Below are positions 29,695 to 39,390 of a DNA stretch of 64,000 nt, piece by piece (the stretch's first letter is position 1; each line of letters begins with the position of its first letter). The notes beneath the pieces were generated by a model, which was not told the origin of the DNA, made no database searches, and was given only the letters and a program-made list of their open reading frames with translations. The translations under genes and the position numbers were made by a program. The stretch is from a virus (Duplodnaviria; Caudoviricetes): IMG/VR virus record IMGVR_UViG_3300046779_001841, positions 224,001-288,000 of that record, one strand, 5' to 3'.

Positions 29695-30126
29695 ATGGCA
29701 AAGAAGAAAGCTACATTACCACCATCACCATATACCTATTATGCAGATGTCTTAGAAGTCTATGATGGTGATACACTCACTGTTACTATTGATCTTGGTT
29801 TTAGTTTAACTGTTAAAACTAAAGTTCGTCTTATGGGTATTGATACTGCTGAAATGAAATCAGAAGATCCAGAAGTTAAGAAACTCGCTATTGCTAGTAG
29901 AGATTTTATTCGTTCTCAAGCACTCGATAAGAAAGTTTTATTGAAAAGCCATAAGCCAGATAAGTATGGTCGTGCTTTAGCTGATATTTGGACTTTAGAT
30001 GCTCAATGGCAACCAGCACCTAAGACTTTAAGTGAAATGATGATTGAACAAGGATTTGCCAAAGCATATGATGGTGGTACTAAAGATCAATTTACTGCAG
30101 ATGATGCACTCAATGGTGTTAAATAA
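29695..30126 (+). CDS. Thermonuclease (SNase-like)
   Basis: VYDGDT, VRLMGIDTAE, DKYGRALA, GFAKAY. Confidence 0.85.
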   Translation: MAKKKATLPPSPYTYYADVLEVYDGDTLTVTIDLGFSLTVKTKVRLMGIDTAEMKSEDPEVKKLAIASRDFIRSQALDKKVLLKSHKPDKYGRALADIWTLDAQWQPAPKTLSEMMIEQGFAKAYDGGTKDQFTADDALNGVK

Positions 30127-30154
30127 AGTGTAATTCTTTTTTTAGAAAATATAA

Positions 30155-30181
30155 GTGTTTTTGTCTATGTAGACAAAACAC
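30155..30181. terminator. Intergenic hairpin
   Basis: GTGTTTT(T)GTCT-ATGT-AGACAAAACAC. Confidence 0.4.
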
Positions 30182-30202
30182 ATTTCTTAAAAAGGATAAA
30201 CC

Positions 30203-30463
30203 ATGTCTTTAAGTTCGCATTATGAAATCTTTTCTTATGTTAAAGAAAACTTTAGTGATATATTGAGTAATATTGACCATCTTGCTGGTGATATATTTGG
30301 ATATGTAAAGAATACACATAAACCTATTATCTTCTTTTATGCACATGATACAGATGATTGTATTGGTATTAGTCTAGTGTATGATGATAGAACTTTAAAA
30401 ACTCATTTTCCATGCAATGATTTAGAAAGTATTAAAAAGTATTTAATCGAAGAATGTGCATAA
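30203..30463 (+). CDS. Hypothetical protein, paralog of 33795
   Basis: YVKENFSDILSNI versus YVKDNFSDLLINI. Confidence 0.6.
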   Translation: MSLSSHYEIFSYVKENFSDILSNIDHLAGDIFGYVKNTHKPIIFFYAHDTDDCIGISLVYDDRTLKTHFPCNDLESIKKYLIEECA

Positions 30464-30550
30464 TCAAAAAAAATCATAATCTTGTGTAAAATTTAAGAAT
30501 AAAAATATAAGTAAATACAACATTAAATCACTTAAAAAAGGATAGTAAAA

Positions 30551-31063
30551 ATGGCAAGAGCTATATCTAAAGATCTTGTTGTTCTTGAAAGATTATATCG
30601 TAGGCTTTCAGGACATAAATGTAATAAAGGTCGTGTTCATACATATCATCTAGGCAATCTTTATTGTAGATTTTGGGGTTATGGTCAATGGGCAGGATTA
30701 GGTTCAGTACAACCTATTGAACCTAAGGAAAAACTTAGTGATGCTACTCGTCAAGAATATGAAAAAATGGCTAATGAAGCTATTAAACTCCAAAACACGA
30801 TTGATACATCTGTGGTACGATTGAACACACTCAGACAAGAAATTTCAACATACCTTTGTAGTAAAGGTGTTGAACCAGAACACATCCACAAAGATTTTTT
30901 TGTTGTTGACGATTATGAAAACTATAAAACAATAGAAACAAAAATCAAAGATTTAAGAAAGCAACTTAAACCCTTACCTAAAGACAAAACAACACTTTCA
31001 CTAAGAAAATCCTTAAAACTTGAAATTAAAAACTTACAAAACCAACTGGCAAAACTTAAATAG
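30551..31063 (+). CDS. Tandem paralog family member 1
   Basis: LERLYRRLSGHKCNKG...RFWGYG...KHIHKDF-type motif, C-terminal coiled coil. Confidence 0.75.
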   Translation: MARAISKDLVVLERLYRRLSGHKCNKGRVHTYHLGNLYCRFWGYGQWAGLGSVQPIEPKEKLSDATRQEYEKMANEAIKLQNTIDTSVVRLNTLRQEISTYLCSKGVEPEHIHKDFFVVDDYENYKTIETKIKDLRKQLKPLPKDKTTLSLRKSLKLEIKNLQNQLAKLK

Positions 31064-31074
31064 GAGCAAATATC

Positions 31075-31584
31075 ATGAGAGTTATTTCCAAAGCAAAAGC
31101 TACTCTTGAAGAAAAATATCGTCAAATCACAGGTCATCCATCTAATGATGGTTATGTCGAAAATTATATCATCAATAATATGTATGAAAGATTTATTGGA
31201 TATGGTCGTAGTGTATGGTTAGGTGCATATTATTGGCTTCCCAATGATCATGGTTTAAGTCCAGAAGTTGAAGCTGAATACAATGCTCTTTATAAGAGAT
31301 TTCAAGAATTAGATCGCGCTCTTGATTCTACTGTTAAAGAAATGAACAACCTTAGAATTGAAGGTGTTGAATTTCTTCAAAGACAAGATATTGATAGAAA
31401 AGACATCCACAAAGAGTTTATTGTCATCAATGATTTTGAAACATATACTGCACTTGAAACCAAGATTAAAGCACTGAAACAAATTCTAAAAGAAACACCA
31501 AAGAATAAATCTACTCTTGCAGATAGAGAACACTTAACACAACAAATCACTGACTTAGAAACACAACTAAGACAAGTGAAATAG
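31075..31584 (+). CDS. Tandem paralog family member 2
   Basis: LEEKYRQITGHPSNDG...RFIGYG...IDRKDIHKEF. Confidence 0.75.
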   Translation: MRVISKAKATLEEKYRQITGHPSNDGYVENYIINNMYERFIGYGRSVWLGAYYWLPNDHGLSPEVEAEYNALYKRFQELDRALDSTVKEMNNLRIEGVEFLQRQDIDRKDIHKEFIVINDFETYTALETKIKALKQILKETPKNKSTLADREHLTQQITDLETQLRQVK

Positions 31585-31596
31585 GAGTTATAAATC

Positions 31597-32124
31597 ATGG
31601 GAAGAAAAAGAGGCATTACTCAAGAAAGAGCAACACTTGAAAGAGTATATCGTAATCTCAGTGGTCATAAATGTAATGATGGCTGGGTTATGGACTGGAA
31701 ATCTTGGAACTGCAGTTATAGATTTTGGAGTTTTAATCGCAGTGCTTGGCTAGGAGAATTTTATCCTATTGAAAAAGATGAACACATCAGTGATGAACTT
31801 CGTGCTGAGTATGAAGCCATTCAAAAACAAGCTACTGAACTTCAAAGAACTATCGATTATTCTATTTCTACATTAAACGATCTTCGTAGGCAAGGTGTTG
31901 AGTTTTTTACCAAGCATGGTATTGATAGAAAAGACATCCATAAACCTTTTGAAATTCGTCAAGATCCAGATTACGAACAAAAGTACCAAGCACTTGAAAC
32001 TCAAATCAAAGAGTTAAGAAAACAAAAAAAAGCAATACCTAAAACTAAAGACACTCTTGCACAAAGAGCTGATTTAACTAAACAAATTGTTGAACTTGAA
32101 AATCAACAGAAAGCACTTAATTAA
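31597..32124 (+). CDS. Tandem paralog family member 3
   Basis: LERVYRNLSGHKCNDG...RFWSFN...IDRKDIHKPF. Confidence 0.75.
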   Translation: MGRKRGITQERATLERVYRNLSGHKCNDGWVMDWKSWNCSYRFWSFNRSAWLGEFYPIEKDEHISDELRAEYEAIQKQATELQRTIDYSISTLNDLRRQGVEFFTKHGIDRKDIHKPFEIRQDPDYEQKYQALETQIKELRKQKKAIPKTKDTLAQRADLTKQIVELENQQKALN

Positions 32125-32125
32125 A

Positions 32126-32698
32126 ATGTCTAAAAGACGATTCATCACAAAGAAAGAAGAATTAGCTTATCCTGTACTAGAAAAAATCTCTGGTGGGAAA
32201 AGATGTAATTTTTATACAAGAGATTTTTCTTGGTATAAGGCTTATTCCGAAACAGGTGGTTGGGGTTCAGTTCATTATTACAATGATAGCATTTCTAACT
32301 ATGAGTTAGATCGTGATCCTTATACTAGCTTATTTCAAGCTATGCCAGAAATTAAAGATAAATTTATTGAAATGGTAAAACTCGGTAATCAAGTCCAAGA
32401 TACTGCTCGTGTCTATGACAAGTTAAGAGAAGAGATCATTGACCAACTCAAAGATACTTTCTTTGATAGAAATGCTAATTCCGAACACGCTTTTATTGTT
32501 ATGACTGATGAACAAGAAGCACAATGGAAAGATTTAAAAGCAAATCGTGAAAAGATCGAACCACTTAAAGTTCGTTTAGGTGAATTACTTGAAGAATTAG
32601 ATAACATTCCTAAAGGTAAAAAAGATCCAAAACGAAAACCACTTGAAGATGAAATTGAAAGTATCACTACTCAACTAAGACTTGTTAATGCTATTTAA
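32126..32698 (+). CDS. Tandem paralog family member 4 (divergent)
   Basis: LEKISGGKRCN..., similar size and C-terminal coiled coil; ATG at 32126. Confidence 0.55.
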   Translation: MSKRRFITKKEELAYPVLEKISGGKRCNFYTRDFSWYKAYSETGGWGSVHYYNDSISNYELDRDPYTSLFQAMPEIKDKFIEMVKLGNQVQDTARVYDKLREEIIDQLKDTFFDRNANSEHAFIVMTDEQEAQWKDLKANREKIEPLKVRLGELLEELDNIPKGKKDPKRKPLEDEIESITTQLRLVNAI

Positions 32699-33109
32699 TA
32701 AACTTTCATAGATTGCTTGTTCATCTCTTATTTGTTTCATAAATTGATCATATAACACACTGCTTGTATCTAAAATCATATTTATTGCTTCTTCAAAATT
32801 TTGATCTGCACCATTGATCTTAAATGATGATCTAACATCATCTGGATAATATATGATAGGTAAAGGCTGGATTTTCCCTTCATATACAAATTTAATGGTC
32901 TTGTCTTTATCATTTATTTGTATTGCTATGAATGGTGAAAAAGGATTTGCTTTATACAAGACCTTTTCTTTACCTATCTCTTTTATTGTTCTATGACTTA
33001 TATCATCAAAAAAATTTCCCAAGATTTCTATCATTGGTTTTTGTTCATTTATGATTTCATCATTTGGTTTAGATCTACATCTACCATTTTTAAATTCTGT
33101 ATATTTCAT
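32675..33109 (-). CDS. Hypothetical protein
   Basis: 144-aa ORF, GGAGG RBS. Confidence 0.65.
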   Translation of the reverse strand: MKYTEFKNGRCRSKPNDEIINEQKPMIEILGNFFDDISHRTIKEIGKEKVLYKANPFSPFIAIQINDKDKTIKFVYEGKIQPLPIIYYPDDVRSSFKINGADQNFEEAINMILDTSSVLYDQFMKQIRDEQAIYESLLNSINKS

Positions 33110-33280
33110 CTATCCTCCATAATATTCTTCACAAGTGATTTGAGTTAAGAAATCATCAAATTTTTGTTCTTCAACTTTCTTTACTTCAACACCATCTTGT
33201 TCCCAAGAGAATTTATCATCATCACAATAAAATTCTTCACAAGTGATAGAACTTAAAAAATCATCAAAGTAGTTATTCAT
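33110..33280 (-). CDS. 56-aa acidic peptide with two FDDFL..ITCEE[FY]Y motifs (not in ORF track)
   Basis: MNNYFDDFLSSITCEEFYCDDDKFSWEQDGVEVKKVEEQKFDDFLTQITCEEYYGG; RBS and promoter element upstream. Confidence 0.75.
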   Translation of the reverse strand: MNNYFDDFLSSITCEEFYCDDDKFSWEQDGVEVKKVEEQKFDDFLTQITCEEYYGG

Positions 33281-33314
33281 AGGTTTTTTCCTTTTTTTAG
33301 GTTTTTGGTTTCAA

Positions 33315-33362
33315 TCATTACTGACATATATATAACACTTCTCATTGAGCAACCTTTGCAAC
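33315..33362 (-). promoter_or_regulatory. Conserved promoter-like element, copy 3
   Basis: Matches consensus. Confidence 0.8.
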
Positions 33363-33372
33363 AAGAATGAAA

Positions 33373-33633
33373 TTATTTTTTATAATTTACATCTTTCAAA
33401 ATGAGATATGCTTCATAAGTAGTATCATCACTGGCAAATGCACCTTGTGTTTCTTTACCATCTACATTGAGTGTATAGGTAGCATCATCACAAGTGAAAC
33501 TCAAGCTATTGAGATTGGTAGTAACTCCATTTGGTGTCAATGCAAGTGAATGGTTGGTAGTGGTATGCCAGAAACCTTTGTTAAAGGTATGATCTGAAGT
33601 ATTGAGCAATTTACAAATTTCATAAGCAAACAT
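33373..33633 (-). CDS. Hypothetical protein
   Basis: Follows promoter element, AAGGA RBS. Confidence 0.65.
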   Translation of the reverse strand: MFAYEICKLLNTSDHTFNKGFWHTTTNHSLALTPNGVTTNLNSLSFTCDDATYTLNVDGKETQGAFASDDTTYEAYLILKDVNYKK

Positions 33634-33650
33634 TTGAAATCCTTTGTTTA

Positions 33651-33699
33651 GTCATTATCGACATAACCATAACACTTGATCTCATGCAATCTTTGCAAC
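33651..33699 (-). promoter_or_regulatory. Conserved promoter-like element, copy 4
   Basis: Matches consensus. Confidence 0.8.
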
Positions 33700-33794
33700 G
33701 AATGTTAAAAAAATTAAATCTTTTTTTTAAGACAAAAAGAGTGTCTTTAATATAATAAGAATGAAAACACACAACTCGCACCAAGAATGTAGAT

Positions 33795-34073
33795 ATGTTT
33801 GACATTAAAAAGTATGTAAAAGACAACTTCAGTGATCTACTGATTAACATTATGAGTTTAGATACTAATATCATGTGTATGGGTATTTTGGAATCTCATT
33901 TCTTAGAAGATGATATGATCATCGTGTTCTCTATTAAAGAAGATGAAATGATCTTAGTAGAAAAACAATATTGGGATGAGATAGGCGATCTTGAATTGAA
34001 ACCTAAAATTTTAAAAAATGCAGTTTTCCATACCAGTCATCTGAATGAGATTAAAAACTTTATATTGGATTAA
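33795..34073 (+). CDS. Hypothetical protein, paralog of 30203
   Basis: Shared YVK.NFSD.L.NI motif. Confidence 0.55.
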   Translation: MFDIKKYVKDNFSDLLINIMSLDTNIMCMGILESHFLEDDMIIVFSIKEDEMILVEKQYWDEIGDLELKPKILKNAVFHTSHLNEIKNFILD

Positions 34074-34491
34074 TCAAAAACACTCGCACTGGAAAACCAC
34101 TTTGCCTATGTAAAATACCCATCTTTGTTAATCGTGTATTTCCAGCTATTAGTTCATATTCATCTGCATACTTCATAACGATTGGCAATTCTATTCTTAT
34201 ATCTGTTTGATTAAACATTTTTGTAATTCGTCTTTGACGATCTCTTGTTATATATTTTTTAAAAGCATACTGCATAGCATCCAAAGATTGATCATAATCA
34301 GTATTCTTGATTATACCAGCTAAACATAATGTTTCTGGATCTATCTCTTTTCCATGTTGTATAGCATTTAACCATGTTTCTTTAGTAGTGAATATGTGTG
34401 GGTATCTTTTTGCTTCACACCATTCAAAATCTGCATTTGGAGGATCAAAAATAATATTCATCATACCAAGATCATATAATTGATTGCACAA
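34060..34491 (-). CDS. ParB/Srx-like domain protein
   Basis: IELPIVMK...YELIAGNTRL. Confidence 0.5.
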   Translation of the reverse strand: MCNQLYDLGMMNIIFDPPNADFEWCEAKRYPHIFTTKETWLNAIQHGKEIDPETLCLAGIIKNTDYDQSLDAMQYAFKKYITRDRQRRITKMFNQTDIRIELPIVMKYADEYELIAGNTRLTKMGILHRQSGFPVRVFLINPI

Positions 34492-35624
34492 GTTTGTGGC
34501 GCACCACTTTGATTATTTAGATCAAACTTTACAGTAGCACTTACACCATTTACTCTTGATGCGATATAAGGTGCTTTATCTAAGTTTAAATTTAATACTT
34601 CTGGATATTCTACTGTTACTAGAATTGGACTTGTTGCAGTGATCAAACTACTATCTAATTGTACACTTGTACCATGTTGTCCATTATTAATAACAAATGC
34701 TAGTCTACCATAAGGACTTGATATAACATCTTCACCAGATACAACTAATAGACCATCATCATAATTCTTAATAACTACTTTACCATCACTTGCACCACCT
34801 ACTCCAGCTACAGGTTCTAATATAACATCACCAGAACTATGTCCACCACCATTCCCTAAACCTGATTTAATTGTGACATCTCCACCTGTATTTACCCAAC
34901 CACCTACACCAGGATTACCAATACCACCTGCTTCTATTAAAATTGAACCACTAATACTAGCTTCTCCTGTGGTAATAGAATTACCACCATATATATTCAC
35001 ACCACCAGCTTCTGCACCTGCTACCCAAGCAGGTCCACCAGATATATTTACACTACCACCATTACCTGTAGGTTTATCTCCTGCATATAAAATAATATCA
35101 CCTGCAGTTCCTGTACTACCACGACCACCATATATGATCACATCACCACCATTTGTTCCCTCACCACCAGTCAATCCAATATAACCACCATTATTATTGT
35201 TTGAGTTTCCACCTTGTAGCTGAATATCTCCACCTGTTTCTTCTACAGAATTACCTGCTTTTACATTAATATTTGTACCAACATCACTATTAGTGTTATC
35301 TCTCAAATAAAAAGTATTACCTTCATAAGATACATTGAGTTTATAACTGCCATCTTCATCTGTACTCAAGAGATTTACATCTCCCATCACAAAAAAGGTT
35401 TCTATTAAACCTTGATCTATAAAAGATCGAATAGCACCATTCTCATAGCTATATTGTACTTGTTCTGTAAATAAGACAACGACTGATCCATTCGCAGGAA
35501 CATATTGATAAGGTTTACGATTATTGACACGACCATTTTGATCTTTACCATCATGTATGTCATTAATATAGAGAGAAGATTGAGAACCAACATTAGTAAT
35601 TCTTAAAGATAATGAATTTGCCAT
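34461..35624 (-). CDS. Glycine-rich fibre protein
   Basis: Repeats GGDIQLQGG/GGDVIIYGG/GGSVNISGG. Confidence 0.65.
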   Translation of the reverse strand: MANSLSLRITNVGSQSSLYINDIHDGKDQNGRVNNRKPYQYVPANGSVVVLFTEQVQYSYENGAIRSFIDQGLIETFFVMGDVNLLSTDEDGSYKLNVSYEGNTFYLRDNTNSDVGTNINVKAGNSVEETGGDIQLQGGNSNNNNGGYIGLTGGEGTNGGDVIIYGGRGSTGTAGDIILYAGDKPTGNGGSVNISGGPAWVAGAEAGGVNIYGGNSITTGEASISGSILIEAGGIGNPGVGGWVNTGGDVTIKSGLGNGGGHSSGDVILEPVAGVGGASDGKVVIKNYDDGLLVVSGEDVISSPYGRLAFVINNGQHGTSVQLDSSLITATSPILVTVEYPEVLNLNLDKAPYIASRVNGVSATVKFDLNNQSGAPQTCAINYMILV

Positions 35625-35674
35625 TTTTTAAACCCCATGTAAATATACAATAAAGTTTATCTATTTAATCAATA

Positions 35675-36442
35675 TTAAACCTTGATAGCTGTGAAATAAG
35701 TACCTTGACTGGTGCCTGAACCAGATATTACATGAGAAGTAGGATTTGCACTATATGCAGTAAATTGAATATAATCTGTTGAACCATCTAAATAGACAAT
35801 ACTTGAATTATATAGAGTAGCACCTATTGATGTTGGTATTGGCGATTGTGCAATAGCAACAGTATTACCATTTTTTCTCATCTGTATATTCATTTGATTT
35901 AAAGATGATGATCCTGGTTGAAACCAAACACTAAAACAAATATTATAATATCCTGCTAAAGTAGGTTGATATTTATAGGTGCTATTATTCCACCATCCTA
36001 AAGGATCAACAGAAAATGTACGATCATTTTTAAACTGTATAACAGTATCGTCTGAAAGACTAAGAGTTTGATCGTCTGCTAATCTACCTGCACATATATA
36101 AGAAGCACTATTACTGACTTTGACCCAACCACTACTTGTAGATACTACTTCTAAAGTATCCTTCTTATCATACATGAGATAAGAATTTAAACCATCAATA
36201 GTAGAACTATTGGTAGAAGCATTTATAGTAATATTTGAAGATAAATCACTAGGTGCTTTTATCACATATCTATAACCTAAAACAGATGATGGTGCAGGTA
36301 GATTTATTGTTTGACCACTATATCCTACATAAATACTATCGAATGCAGTTAAAGTATAAGTAGTCGCAGATGCAGATACTTTTACAGGCACTTTATTATT
36401 TTGATAATGAACAGTCATATCTAAACCCTTTAAAATAAACAC
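35675..36442 (-). CDS. Fibre protein with C1q-like C-terminal domain
   Basis: INLPAP...YVIK neck motif; YQPTLAGYY.I.F...IQMRKNG...YLDGSTDYI...TYFTAIKV; start likely MTVHY. Confidence 0.6.
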   Translation of the reverse strand: MFILKGLDMTVHYQNNKVPVKVSASATTYTLTAFDSIYVGYSGQTINLPAPSSVLGYRYVIKAPSDLSSNITINASTNSSTIDGLNSYLMYDKKDTLEVVSTSSGWVKVSNSASYICAGRLADDQTLSLSDDTVIQFKNDRTFSVDPLGWWNNSTYKYQPTLAGYYNICFSVWFQPGSSSLNQMNIQMRKNGNTVAIAQSPIPTSIGATLYNSSIVYLDGSTDYIQFTAYSANPTSHVISGSGTSQGTYFTAIKV

Positions 36443-36540
36443 ATATTAAACAAAGAATAATAAAAACTTTATCAATGAGAAATTTTAATATCTCTTTTAT
36501 ATCTTTCTTTTGTTTATATTACTTAAACAAGGTAGATAAA

Positions 36541-37431
36541 ATGAGTGTTGCATTTAAAAGAGGTCAAACATTAAGTCGTGGTGACTTAGATATATTTTTG
36601 ACTAATGCTAGTGGAAATGTTGCTAATGCTTCATCCATAACTTATGCCATTTATTTTGTAGATCAACAAGTTGATGTCTTGATTGGCGATCCTGCAAGAA
36701 TACCAGAAAATCCAGCAGTTGGTGAATATTATGCTTCTTTGAGAATACCAGCTACTGCATCTTATGGTACATATAGAATAAAATGGAAAATAAAAGAACT
36801 TGTAAATAGTCCAGAACAAGAAGTAGTACAAGAATTTGGTGTGGTTACTGATAATATTATCTTAGGTGCATCTTATTCCACCAATCAAAGAACAATGATA
36901 GATAAATTAAGATTGCTACTAAGAGATCAAAATCCAGATAAATTTTATCATTTTAGACCACCTGAAGCAGAAGCTAATGTTGGTCAATACAATCGAGTAT
37001 TTGGTCAAGTTTGGGAAGATGCAGAATTGTTAGAATATATTGAAAGAGCATTAGACTGGTGGAATATGATGCCACCAGAAACAGATGGTGAATATAAAAA
37101 TATAGATGTTTTATGTAATCAAAAACCTGCATGGAGAACTGCTATCTTTCAAGGTGCAATTCAGTTTGCGGCCATGGCTTTACAAGCAAATTGGATTGTA
37201 GATGAATTTGATTATTCGATTGGTGGTATCTCTTTAAACATAGATAAATCATCTAAATATGAAGGTTTAAGATCGGCCGCTGAAAGCCAATGGCAAACTG
37301 CTACCGAAATGAAAGCTAGAACAACAAAAATCATTCGTGGTTTGCAACAACCTAAATATGGTGTTGGTATTCGATCAGCATTCGGTCCCCATGTTGGTCG
37401 TGGTGTCCTTTCCCCAAGAAATTTCCTCTAA
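36541..37431 (+). CDS. Putative head-tail connector/neck protein with Ig-like N-terminus
   Basis: MSVAFKRG start; helical C-domain (MIDKLRLLLRD...DAELLEYIERA...DYSIGGISL). Confidence 0.5.
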   Translation: MSVAFKRGQTLSRGDLDIFLTNASGNVANASSITYAIYFVDQQVDVLIGDPARIPENPAVGEYYASLRIPATASYGTYRIKWKIKELVNSPEQEVVQEFGVVTDNIILGASYSTNQRTMIDKLRLLLRDQNPDKFYHFRPPEAEANVGQYNRVFGQVWEDAELLEYIERALDWWNMMPPETDGEYKNIDVLCNQKPAWRTAIFQGAIQFAAMALQANWIVDEFDYSIGGISLNIDKSSKYEGLRSAAESQWQTATEMKARTTKIIRGLQQPKYGVGIRSAFGPHVGRGVLSPRNFL

Positions 37432-37447
37432 AAATAAGATATAGAAA

Positions 37448-37762
37448 ATGACAGAACAACAAAACGAACAAATAAGAAAATGGATAAGTTGGGCAATGAA
37501 AGGCTTATCAGCCAGTGTTTTACCACTTATCTATTGGCTTAATGACATAAGTGTTGAAAATGCGGTACTTGAAAACCAAATAATCAATATACAGAACAAA
37601 ATAAATCAAATAGAATATCAAGTGTATGAAGTTAAAAAAGATGTTGTTAATGATAAAGTAATGGATGCTCGTACAGAACAAGCATTAAAAGATATAGAGA
37701 AAGATATTAACAACATTGAAAAAAACTTAAATGAGATCCAAAAGATCATTATTGAAAAGTGA
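37448..37762 (+). CDS. Membrane-anchored coiled-coil protein
   Basis: One hydrophobic helix then coiled coil. Confidence 0.55.
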   Translation: MTEQQNEQIRKWISWAMKGLSASVLPLIYWLNDISVENAVLENQIINIQNKINQIEYQVYEVKKDVVNDKVMDARTEQALKDIEKDINNIEKNLNEIQKIIIEK

Positions 37763-37769
37763 GTTTAAA

Positions 37770-38066
37770 ATGAAAATATACTCTTTAGCTATTATCTTTA
37801 CATCTGTTTTCTTTCTCATATCTGGAACTGATGATTTCTTTAAACATCAAAAGATTGAGATGACTACTACTCATGCAAATGAAATGAATTTTGTTGAGAT
37901 ACCACCACCAAAAAATCTTTTACCAGAAAAAGAAGTAAAAATAAATGATATTAAGAAGAAAACAGATTGTATAAATAAAACATCTAAAGATATATTACAT
38001 AAACTCAAAATGAAAAAGGCAATACAAAATGCAAAGCACAATCAAACAGATAGGGACACTCTCTGA
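37770..38066 (+). CDS. Hypothetical secreted/membrane protein
   Basis: Hydrophobic N-terminus MKIYSLAIIF. Confidence 0.55.
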   Translation: MKIYSLAIIFTSVFFLISGTDDFFKHQKIEMTTTHANEMNFVEIPPPKNLLPEKEVKINDIKKKTDCINKTSKDILHKLKMKKAIQNAKHNQTDRDTL

Positions 38067-38292
38067 ACAACAAATTCAAAAATTTGCAGAATTAAAACAA
38101 AATGCTATTCAACTTGTCAATCAGCTTGGCAGTCTTGAATTGAAAAAGCATGGTGTTATTGATGCACTAAATAAGAATGAAACAGAAGCACAAAGTCTTT
38201 TAAATCAAATCAAATTTAAGTTCGATTTGAAAGAAGATCAAGCATTTCAAATTTTAGATGATGGTAAAGTTGTTATCAAGGTTGAAGAATAA
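38029..38292 (+). CDS. Hypothetical coiled-coil protein
   Basis: 87-aa ORF. Confidence 0.6.
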   Translation: MQSTIKQIGTLSEQQIQKFAELKQNAIQLVNQLGSLELKKHGVIDALNKNETEAQSLLNQIKFKFDLKEDQAFQILDDGKVVIKVEE

Positions 38293-38965
38293 TCTCAAAA
38301 GTATAATAATCTGTATTCTCACCTTCCATCCATTTTAAATAAGATAATCCTGTTTCTTTTTCAAAACTATCTATAAACTTATGATCTATTCTTACTCGAA
38401 TTTGATCTTGATCTTTAAATGAATTTAAATCTGTAACCCATTCACTTGGCTGGTTATCATCATTCACTTTATCTATATAAGCACTATGATTGTGTAAAAG
38501 ATCAAATAAAACATCTTTACTGCATGATGCGATTTGTTCAAATGGTCTTACATAAGGTATTGTTGGTTCAGTGCCTTTAAGATATGCCATGATATGATCG
38601 TGTGCAATAGGATATTGCTTTTTATGTAGAACTTTGTGGAACTTTCTAATAAAGTTCCAGTCAAGACTGCTCAATAATAATTCTTTTGCCATATCTATCC
38701 TTTCATGTTTAAATGCACAAGCTACAAAAAAAAGGATTTCTCTTTGGCTTATGGTTTCTAAAGATATGATTTGTTCTCTTGTTAAATCCGATGTTGGATA
38801 AAACACATAAGTTGTGTGTTTTTGTTCTTTAAAAAATTCTACTTCTGCATTTTTCTCATCTAGTGAAAAAGCAAAATAATTGGATTTCATTGGTGGCAAT
38901 TTATCAGTCTTTGGTATGATATAGACAAGATACATACTTTTACTTGTAGATAATTTTTTAATCAT
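38276..38965 (-). CDS. Hypothetical protein
   Basis: 229-aa ORF with RBS. Confidence 0.65.
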   Translation of the reverse strand: MIKKLSTSKSMYLVYIIPKTDKLPPMKSNYFAFSLDEKNAEVEFFKEQKHTTYVFYPTSDLTREQIISLETISQREILFFVACAFKHERIDMAKELLLSSLDWNFIRKFHKVLHKKQYPIAHDHIMAYLKGTEPTIPYVRPFEQIASCSKDVLFDLLHNHSAYIDKVNDDNQPSEWVTDLNSFKDQDQIRVRIDHKFIDSFEKETGLSYLKWMEGENTDYYTFEIILQP

Positions 38966-39042
38966 TTTATGCTTTATCCTTTGTTAAGATAAAGCACTTA
39001 TATTTTACTTATGAGTTTTATCCACATGAAAGGAAGAATATT

Positions 39043-39390
39043 ATGAAAAAAGATTTTGAAATGGATGAGAGAAGTTTCTTTGGCAAAAGAGAAATAGGCG
39101 AAGATATTCCAGAGTATGAGTATACAGATAAGAATAGTGATAGAGTACTCAAATTATATATACGAAAAATAAAACAAGATTTAAAAGATGTAATGAGTAT
39201 TGATTTTTTGTTAGATGCTTCTTCGGATTTACAAGAACATAAAGAAAATATTGAAAACATAACACAAGACAAAGAGATTATTCGTGCATTTGATTATCTT
39301 GCAAGAAGTTTTGAAAAAAACTACCAGGAATTAAATAAAGACATTCATTTTTTTAAAATGCAACTTAAATCTAAAAAGATAACTTTATAG
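39043..39390 (+). CDS. Hypothetical protein
   Basis: 115-aa ORF, AAGGA RBS. Confidence 0.6.
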   Translation: MKKDFEMDERSFFGKREIGEDIPEYEYTDKNSDRVLKLYIRKIKQDLKDVMSIDFLLDASSDLQEHKENIENITQDKEIIRAFDYLARSFEKNYQELNKDIHFFKMQLKSKKITL

